Source: the human T2T-CHM13v2.0 reference genome, Homo sapiens. Taken from it: DNA of 64,000 bases. The position numbers and the translations under genes are program-made. Where the stretch lies: the NCBI RefSeq assembly GCF_009914755.1, contig NC_060941.1, one strand, 5' to 3'. The notes beneath the pieces were generated by a model. The model was not told where the DNA came from. It searched no databases and saw only the letters and a list, made by a program, of their open reading frames with translations. Of the stretch, positions 54,640 to 64,000 are shown in pieces. The first letter of the stretch is position 1; each line of letters starts with the position of its first letter.

Positions 54640-56550
54640 TCACTATGTATGGGGGAGAGATAGTCTTTTCACTAAATGGTACTGGAACAATTGGATTTTT
54701 ATATGAACTATAATGAACATTGACTCCTACCTCAAATCAAACAGAAAAAGGAATTAAGACAGATCATAAACCTAGATGTGAAAAGTAAAGCAATAAAGCT
54801 TCTAGAGGAAAACAGGAGAATATCTTCATGACCTTTGGGCAGGCAAAGATTTCTTAAACAGAACACAAAAAGCACTAACCATAAAGAAGAGATTGTTAAA
54901 TTGGACCTCATTAAAATTAAAAACCATCCTTCATTAAAAGATATTATTAAGAAAGTGGCCAGGTGTGGGGCTCACACCTATAATCCTAGCACTTTGGGAG
55001 GCTGAGGCAAGAGGGTTGCTTGAGCCCGGGAGGTCGAGACCAGCCTGGGCAACATGGTGAGACAACATCTCTACAAAAAAAAAAAGTAATAATAACCAAG
55101 CATGGTGGTGGATGCCTGTAGTCCCAGCTACTTGGGAGGCTTAGATGGGAGGATCACTTGAGCCCAGGAGGCTGAGGTTGCAGTGAGCTGAGCCAAGATC
55201 ATGCCACTGTATTGCAGCCTTGGCAACAGAGCAAGACTCTGTCTCCTGTCTTAAAAAAAAAAAAAAAAAAAAAAGTGAAAAGGCAAACTGTGGACTGATA
55301 TCTAACAAAGCATTTGTGTCCAAAATATATATCAAACTTCTATAAATCAACAAGAAAAAGACAAGAAAACGACAAATAATTCAATGTTTAGAAATACTAG
55401 AAAATTCTTACTTCACAAAGGAGAATATCCAAGTGACCAACAAGCATTTGAAAAGGTGCTCAACATCATTCATCTTGAGGAAAATGCAGATTAAAATCTG
55501 CAATGAGATACCACGATGCACCTACCTAAATGGCTATAGCTAAAGAATTTGACTGTATCAAGTGTTCTTGAGAATGTGAAGCAACTTTACTAGTGGAGTG
55601 TGCTTTGGTACCACTGCTTTGAGAAACCGCTTGGCAGTATCTACTAAGACAATAGCACAAAATGTGTGCATAATATGTTCACCAAACACAGTGCAGCACT
55701 AATCATTGCATCCCAGACTGGAAATAACCCAGATACCCATAACAGGAGAATGGGTAACTGAATACATAGTGCTTTATTCATAATTATTTCTAATTCTCAT
55801 CATAACTCATTCTTCCATGTCGTATATTCATGATTATTTATAACAAAATATTGTACAGCAGAGATTGGTGAACTGTGACCCACAGGCCAAACTGTAGCCT
55901 ACTTTTTGTTTGTGTGTTGCTTATTACTGCATTTGAGCTATGATGGCAGGGTTGAATAGTTGTGACAGAGACTATAGCTTTCATAACCAAAGGTATTTAT
56001 TATCTGGTTCTTTGCAGAAATAGTTTGCTGACCGCTGGTAAACAGCAATGAAAAAGACAGACTCTCTATTATGTGCAAAAACATGGATGGATCTCACAGA
56101 CATAATGTGGGGTAAAAGAAGCCAAATATGGTTGGGCATGGTGGCTCATGCCTGTCATCCCAGCATTTTGGGAGGCCAAGGCAGGAGAATCACTTGAACA
56201 CAGGAGGTGTAGGTTGCAGTGAGCTGAGATTGTGCCACTGCACTCCAGCCTGGGAGACAGAGTGAGACTCTGCCTCAAAAAATAAGAAGCCAAATACAAA
56301 AGAGTACAGCCCGTGTGATTCCATTTACACAAAGTCCAAAAACAAACAAAATTAATCCATGGTGATAGAGGTCAGAATAGTAGTTACAGTAGTGGCAGGG
56401 AGGTATGAGGAAGGGGCTCAAGGAAGCCTATGCTGTAGATCTTGATGGGGGCAGTGGTTCAACAGGAGTATAATTATGTCAAAATCAATCAAGCTGCACA
56501 ATTAGATTTTGTGCACTGCATATCACTTCTACCCTAATTTTTTAAAAGGG
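54640..56550 (+). mobile_element. Degenerate L1M (ORF2 3' part and 3' UTR) with Alu insertions (54957-55273, 56130-56284)
   Basis: L1-like text (agtcttttcactaaatggtactggaacaattgg...; ggcaaagatttcttaaaca...). Confidence 0.8.
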
Positions 56551-56794
56551 GATCAATTGCTGGCCTCCAAGCAGGGCCTGCCACATGCAAAGCAGAGTGA
56601 TGCAGTTTCCTCCTTCACCCCAGAGATTGGACGCAGTAATAGTAGGGCCATGTCACAGTGCCTTTCTGAATAGAGCACCCCCAGATGGTGGCTTTCCTAC
56701 CCACAGGCCACCACGTATAATACCACTTGACCCCATCAACCTGGCTCCAAATTCCTGGATCCAGCTGATGGTGCCAAAGCCAACCTTCCATGTC

Positions 56795-56980
56795 TGGTCC
56801 TCAAACTTTAGTCCACTTACAAACCACCTGGGGGCTTGCTAGCAACACCGATTCCAGGTCCCTCTTCTCCCAATTCCTAGTTTTTTTGAGTCCTGGGTGG
56901 GATCCAGGAAACTGCATTGTCAGCAAGTCCTGCAGGTGATTTTGATGCAGATGGACCAGAGACTACACTGGAGAAACGCT
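56795..56980. mobile_element. MER5-like DNA transposon remnant
   Basis: ...caggtgattttgatgcagatggaccagagactacactggagaaac. Confidence 0.55.
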
Positions 56981-57218
56981 CTGTGCAGGCTGAGGGAGTG
57001 GGCATGAGGAGGCAAAGGGGAGAAGGCAAGAGGGTGAAATTGCTCTTGACCAGAAAGGGAAGCAGGAGAGAGCTAAGAGGAAGATGTAGCGGAAGAGGAG
57101 GTGAGTGAGGCTGAGGGAGAGCAGGCGATGAGGTGGCCTTGATGAAGTCTGGCCATGTGGTGTGTCATGGAAAACCTGTTTCCTACCTCTCCACCAAAGA
57201 GTTGGTAAAATATCTGTT

Positions 57219-58292
57219 TATCAAGGGAACCACCCCCAATATTTCAACGTAAGTTCTCTTCTATTTCCCTAAGTGTCAGCCAGTCTGAGAAATAAAGGGA
57301 AAGAGTACAAAAGAGAGAAATTTTAAAGCTGGGTGTCCAGGGGAGACATCACATGTCGGCAGGTTCTGTGATGGCCCCCAGGCCGCAAAACCATTAAGTT
57401 TTTATTAGTGATTTTCAAAGGGGAGGGAGTGTATGAATAGGGTGTGGGTCACAGAGATCACATGCTTCACAAGGCAATAAAATATCATAAGGCAAATGGG
57501 GGCAGAGCGAGATCACAGGACCAGGGCAAAATTTAAATTGCTAATGAAGTTTTGGGCACACATTGTCATTGATAACACCTTATCAGGAGACAGCGCTTGA
57601 GAGCAGACAACCAGTCTGACTAAAATTTACTAGGCAGGAATTTCCTCGTCCTAATAGGCCTGGGAGCGCTACGGGAGACCGGGGCTTATTTCATCGCTTA
57701 TCTACAACCGTATAAGACAGACATTCCTAGAGCAGCCATTTTAGAGACCTCCCCCTAGGAATGTGTCTCTTTCTCAGGGCTGTTCCTTGCTGAGAAAAAG
57801 AATTCAGCGATATTTCTCCTATTCGCTTTTGTAAGAAGAGAAATATGGCTCTGTTCTGCCTGGCTCTCAGGCAGTCAGACCTAATGGTTATCTCCCTTGT
57901 TCCCTGAGCATCGCTGTTATCCTGTTCTTTTTTCAAGGTGCCCAGATTTCATATTGTTTAAACACACATGCTTTATGAACAATTTGTGAAGTTAACGCAA
58001 TCATCACAGGGTCCCGAGGCAACATACATCCTCAGCTTACGAAGATGACGGGATTAAAAGATTAAAGTAAAGACAGGCATAGGAAATCACAAGAGTATTG
58101 ATTGGGGAAGTGATAAATGTCCATGAAATCTTTGCAATTTTTGTTCAGAGATTGCAGTAAAGACAGGTGTAAAAAATTATAAAAGTATTAATTCGAGGAA
58201 CTAATAAATGTCCATGAAATCTTCACAATTTATGTTCTTTTGCCATGGCTTCAGCCAGTCCCTCTGTTCAGGGTCCCTGACTTCCCACAACA
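57219..58292 (-). mobile_element. MER11 (ERVK/HERV-K11) solo LTR, full length (1074 bp)
   Basis: Minus strand begins TGTTGTGGGAAGTCAGGGACCCTGAACAGAGGGACTGGCTGAAGCCATGG; 6-bp TSD TCTGTT at 57213-57218 and 58293-58298. Confidence 0.9.
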
Positions 58293-58350
58293 TCTGTTTC
58301 TTATTAATATGCTATGAGGTTGGCATTTGCAGGGTGTGTTGAAGGGCTGA

Positions 58351-58807
<457 letters not shown>

Positions 58808-59248
58808 ACCCTCTGGTTTTCTTCATTTGGTTCAGGTTGAAAGTTGCCTCAGCCCATATTCAGATACATATATGTGTAGGTGTGTATGTAGATTCCTGAG
58901 CAGGCCCCTATGGGCAAGACCAACCAAGCCAGATGATGTGTTGTGAATGAAAGAGTGGGCATGAGATAAATTACATTAAAGAAATTGACGACGTCTTTTG
59001 TAGCTTACAGACAAACAGCAGGTCTTTAGGGACTGATACGCTATAACCTCCAAGGTAGATATTTAAGTTTAAAAAGCAAGGTGTTTTAGTATAATATGAT
59101 TTCTGAACAATTAGTGGGGGAGGGATGCATCTGTAGGTTTTTATACATTAAACGTCTTAGGAAGAAACATTGAAAACTAGCAGAGTGATGGGCTCCAAGA
59201 AGAGAAATTGGGCATGGAAGATAATCAAGCTTGGGAATAAGACAATTC

Positions 59249-59556
59249 TTTTTAAGGAACAGGGTCTCATTCTAGCTCCTGGCTGGGGGCCTCCTGGCTG
59301 GAGGGCAGCAGTGCCATTATAGTTCACTGCAACCTCAAGCTTGCAGGCTCAACTGATCCTCCCGCCTCAGCCTCCCTAGTAGCTAGGACTACAAGCGTGC
59401 ACCAGCACACCCAGCTAATTTTTAAAAAGTTTTTGTAGAGATGGGGTCTCACCACATTGCCCTAGTTGGTCTTGAACTCCTGGGCTCAAGCAATCCTCCC
59501 ACCTCGGCCTTCCAAAGCACTGAGATCACAGGGGCATGAGCCGCTGTGCCCGGCCC
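59249..59556 (-). mobile_element. AluJ-like
   Basis: Reverse Alu consensus. Confidence 0.85.
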
Positions 59557-61827
59557 AACTTTTATTCTATATTCTTTGATGCTGTTTTTTTCCCTACATA
59601 AATTTTATCTATTTAAAACATTTTAAATTGAGGGAGGAAAGAAGGAAAAAAGGACAAGAGGAAGGGAAGGAAGGAGGAAACAGTATTCCTAGATGGGTAT
59701 TGGCTCCTGAAGAGCCAGTGCAGAGTTGAGAGCTGTTCCAGCACATGAAGCAAGCACGGGCCCTGGAGGATACTCCTCTGGCCACCACTGATGCCCATGG
59801 GCAGGAAGCCAAGTTGGTTCACCAAGCCAGGGCTCCCTCCTCCATCACTTCATCCATGGACTGTGGGAAGACTGTGTTGTCTTAAAGTCATGCCCACACC
59901 CTGGGTGGAAATGCCGTGGTGTACTAATGTGGAATTTCCAGCAGCTTCTCTAGCACAGTACAGTTCAGAGATTGTTTTCTTTGTGTTAACATGGCCAAGG
60001 TTGAAGCAAGAAGGCTGAAGTGTGGAAAGTGCAGAAATTTGGAAAATACATGAAGGGCTGTCAAACGGCCTCCTCCTGGTCACTGTCAGAGCACCAAGAC
60101 CTGACAGGCAGGATGGCAGTGGCAAAGGCTCTAGGCCCAGACTATCTGGAATCAAATCCTGGCTTTTCTACTTGCAGACTGTAAGACCCTCCCGAGCATC
60201 ATTTCCCCTGAGAACCTAACAGAATCTACCACATAGGGCTGTGGTGAGAATGAAGTGCATTAATGTATACAATGTTTAAGCAGGGCCTGGCAGAACAAAC
60301 ACACAGCAGATGTTAGCTGCTCAGGCTATTGCATCTTATCTGAATTCTAACAGCTCCTTGTAAAGCAGGTTACTTTGATACTCCGAAGCTTAGGTAAATA
60401 GACTTCATAAGGGCTACCCAACGGAGTCTCTGCTACCAAGCCCAGGGTTTGGCCCACGACATCAGCATTTCTCAAACCCTATTTGAGAACCCTTAGTATC
60501 CCACCAAAATTTTAATAAATACTACTCCAAAACAGGGTTTTGTGACCAATAAGTTTGGGTAACACTGGTTTAAGTGAAATTAAGCAGGTTATTTGCTGCA
60601 GAATTTATCAGAACCTTTACAGTGCCAATGAATGTGTGGCTCTTAGATGGAGTAGCATTTCCCAAGTCATTCGACCATTAAATAATTTTCTTTTTGTAGT
60701 ACACTATTAACACCTAGAGGAACATTAGGGTTGTATATAGAAAATAACTTTGGAGGTGCTATGTTACTGTATAGGACAGGCATGGTTAGAGGAAATCATC
60801 TGTTTTCAGGCCAGTCTCCATCAAAGAGAACGTCTTCAAAGTAGACTGTAGAACATACCTGGGCATGGTGGTTAAGAGGGAGATAATGAGTTGTGGAAAG
60901 AACATGAGTACTAACAGCGGGATCTGAATTCAAATTCTGACTCCTCCAACTAGGGGAAGGCATTTGCTTTCGCAGAACCTCAATTTCCTCATCTATTGGT
61001 TGGCAGACTAGCATCTACTTCATTTTGTTGATTTAAGATTTAAATGTCAGTGGCCCCAAAGTGATTGCCACATGATAGTTTCTCAGGGTCAGTTTCCTTT
61101 TTGTATCAGTCAGGATGTTTTCAGTGGCAAATAGCAGATTGCCAAACTTAAATTGGCTCAAACAAAAAAAAAAAGCGGGGGGAATTTATCAACGTAAGCA
61201 AACGTCCAGGTTGGGGTTTATCAGAGTTTGTGGTGTCCTTAGAGCAGGTGGGAATTCTCCCCACCAGAGAGCTTAATGCCCAGGCCTGGAAAATTCTAGA
61301 CTGACAATTGTATATAGATGATCTGCAAGTGCCTTGATCCCTAGGGGTCAACACATATCCACCAAAAACAAGTCATTTGCACTTTTGCAGATCATCTTTA
61401 GTTTCCCCTTTTTCAAAAGGATTATTTTTTCAGGGGGCCGTGATGAAGCAATCAGTCTCAAGCCACGTGGGCAGGCAGCCCCAACAGCTATGAGAATTTT
61501 CAGAAGGAGTTTACAAAAGCATAGCCCAAGAGCCTACAGTTTTACTAATAGAAACTGCTGAAAGTAAAGCCTACAAAATCTCTTTGGCTTGTAGAAATAT
61601 TTTAAAAACTGAAATAATTAATTATTGCATAGGGCATGGGCAATAAGAAATAAAAAGTTTAAGAAGCACAACCATGGATGTACTGTAGCAGAATAATAGC
61701 AGCTGCCACTGGTGGAAACACTGCTATAGTTCCATGTAAAACACATAGAATTTTGACTTTTCTATTAAAGCACAATTTTAAGTGTTTTTATTAAGGTGCA
61801 TTAGTTGTATGTATGCTGCTCAGAGGA

Positions 61828-62128
61828 TTTTTTTTTTTTCAGTTTTTATTTCTTTTTCTCAGTCAGGGTCTCACTCTCTCACCCAGGCTGGAGTGCCGTG
61901 GCACAATCTCGGCTCACTACAGCCTTGACCTCCCAAGCTCAGGTGATCCTCCCACCTCAGGCTCCCGAGCAGCTGGGAATACAGGCATGCACCATCACAC
62001 CTGACTAATTTTTGTATTTTTTGTAGAGGTGAGGTTTTGCTGTGTTACCCAGGCTGGACTTGAACTCCTGGCCTCAGCTCAGTCTTCCAAAGTGCTGCGA
62101 TAACAGGCGTAAGCCTCCGCACCAGGCC
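61828..62128 (-). mobile_element. AluJ-like
   Basis: Reverse Alu consensus. Confidence 0.87.
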
Positions 62129-62588
62129 AGCTCAGTGAATTTTTATGCACATACACATACACATCTATACCTACCATTCAGATCAAGATATAACACATCT
62201 CCAGCTCCCCTTCATGAATGCACCAGTTGATGAAAGTTCATTCATGCTCCTTCCTTGTCCATCCCCTGCTTCAGGAACCAGTATTCTGATTCATTTTGCC
62301 TGTTCTTGAACTTCATAAAAGTGGAATCACATAGAATGTACTCTTGTGTCTGGCTTTCTTAGCTTATTGTTACAGCCAAGAGAGGTACCATACTGCTGAA
62401 TGTATTATTAATTTCTTCTTTTTCATTGCTATGTAAATTTATTTGATAGACATTAGGGTTTTGCAGACATTTTGTTGCTACCTTTTATCATAATGTCTAC
62501 AAAATACTTATGCTAACATCCAATTTAGTGGTAAACTATTGAATAATTTTCTTCTGAGTTTGAAAACAAGACAAAAATATCTACTACT

Positions 62589-62902
62589 GTCTGAGTGCGG
62601 GTGACTCATGCCTGTAATCCCAGCACTTCAAGAGGCTGAGACAGGTGGATTGCTTGAGCCCAGGAGTTCAAGATCAGCCTAGACAACATAGCAAAACCCT
62701 GTCTCTGCAAAATAAATAAATAAATAAAATAGAAATTAGCCAGGTGTGTTGGAGTGCACCTGTAGTGCCAGCTACTCAGGAGGCTGAGGTGGGAGAATCA
62801 CTCTTGCCTGGAGGTCAAGGCTGCAGTGAGACACAGTGGTGGCTCTGCACTCCAGCCTGTTGACAGAGCAAGACTCTGTCTCAAAAAAAAAAAAAAAAAA
62901 AA
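62589..62902 (+). mobile_element. AluJ-like
   Basis: Alu consensus with poly-A tail. Confidence 0.88.
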
Positions 62903-63234
62903 TTCTACTATCAGCAGTTCTATTCAATACTTTACTAAGAGACCTGAGTTCTGGCCCTTACCCCTGCCTCTAACTACCTAGGGACCTTGAATAAGTCAAT
63001 TAACCACTCTGCTTCTTAGTTTCATCATCTTTGAAAATAACTAGATAATGCTTAAGATCCCTTCTGCATATCTAAGTTCCAAGTAAATGCACCTTTTTTA
63101 AAAAATGTGATACCACAACATGGATGAATCTTGAAAACATTATTCTAAGTGAAATAAGCCAGACACAAAAGGACTTTTTCCACTTACATAAGGTATCTAG
63201 CATAGTCAAATACACAGAGACAAGCTAGATCAAC

Positions 63235-64000
63235 TAGGAGGAAAAAAGAGAGAAGACTCAAATAACTAAAATGAGAAATGAAACATTAGTACTAATTTTA
63301 CAGAAATCAAAAGATTATGACAGTGCTTTGAACAATCCTAAACCAACAAACTGGATAACCTAGATGAAACGGACAAATCCTAGAAATACATGCTACCAAG
63401 ATTGAATCATGAAGAAACCAGAAAATCTAAATAGACCTATAGTTTTAATAAGGAGATGGAATAAGTAATCAAAATAACTCCCAACAAATAAAAGCTCAGG
63501 GCCTTATGTCTTCATTGATGAATTCTACCAAACAATTGAAGGAGAATTAACACCAATCCTTCTCCAACTCTTCCAAAAAATTGAAGAGAAGGAAACACTT
63601 CCTAACTTATTGCATGGAGCCCTAATACCACAGACACAGGCATTACAAGAAAACTGCAGACCAATACCCCTGATGAATATTGACACAAAAGTTCTTAACA
63701 AAATATTAGCAAACTGGATTTAACATCATATTTAAAAGATTATATTGAAAGAATGATCCAGAGTAATTAGGCAAGAAAAAGAAATTAAAGGTATCTAAAT
63801 TGGGAAGTAAAAAGTAAAATTGTCTGTTCACAAATGGCATAATTGTATATGTAGAAAACCCCAAAGAGTCCACAAAAAAAACTGTTAGAATTAACAAAGG
63901 ATTTGGCAAAATTCCAGGACACAAAATAACACAGAAAAATCAGCTGCATTTCTATACACTAAAAATGAACAATTGGAAAAGAAAATTAAGAAAACAATTC
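63235..64000 (+). mobile_element. Degenerate L1 ORF2 fragment (stops and deletions), continuing past the window edge
   Basis: ...ctggataacctagatgaaacggacaaatcctagaa...gaattctaccaaaca...accaatacccctgatgaatattgac. Confidence 0.88.

Noticed and set aside
63235-64000. L1 ORF2 as a functional reverse transcriptase
   Set aside because: Multiple stops, frameshifts and an internal deletion; no long ORF in the track.

Overview
Human-type genomic DNA, rich in Alu, L1 and LTR repeats, containing the 5' three-quarters of NOS2 (inducible nitric oxide synthase) on the minus strand. Exons 1-20 lie between ~35926 and 938. All have GT-AG boundaries and consistent phases, giving 2428 nt of CDS (about residues 1-809). 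Exons 21-27 lie beyond the left edge. Upstream (35927-64000) are the TATA/Oct/NF-kB proximal promoter, the (TAAA)n and (CCTTT)13 microsatellites, the distal enhancer motifs at about -3.8 to -10.2 kb, and a repeat-dense intergenic region (MST LTRs, Tigger2-type element, MER11 solo LTR, L1). Highlights: (1) a CpG-island alternative first exon in intron 2 that splices in frame to exon 3 and would replace the DINNN-degron N-terminus with a Cys/Arg-rich peptide; (2) a 222-nt open candidate exon at about -3.7 kb that could feed an upstream or read-through transcript into exon 2; (3) a 100-bp templated duplication in the promoter; (4) the Leu608 allele; (5) a 21-aa uORF. I found no evidence of a wholly new multi-gene system. 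Repeat subfamily names, rs numbers and literature comparisons are from memory and were not checked by search.
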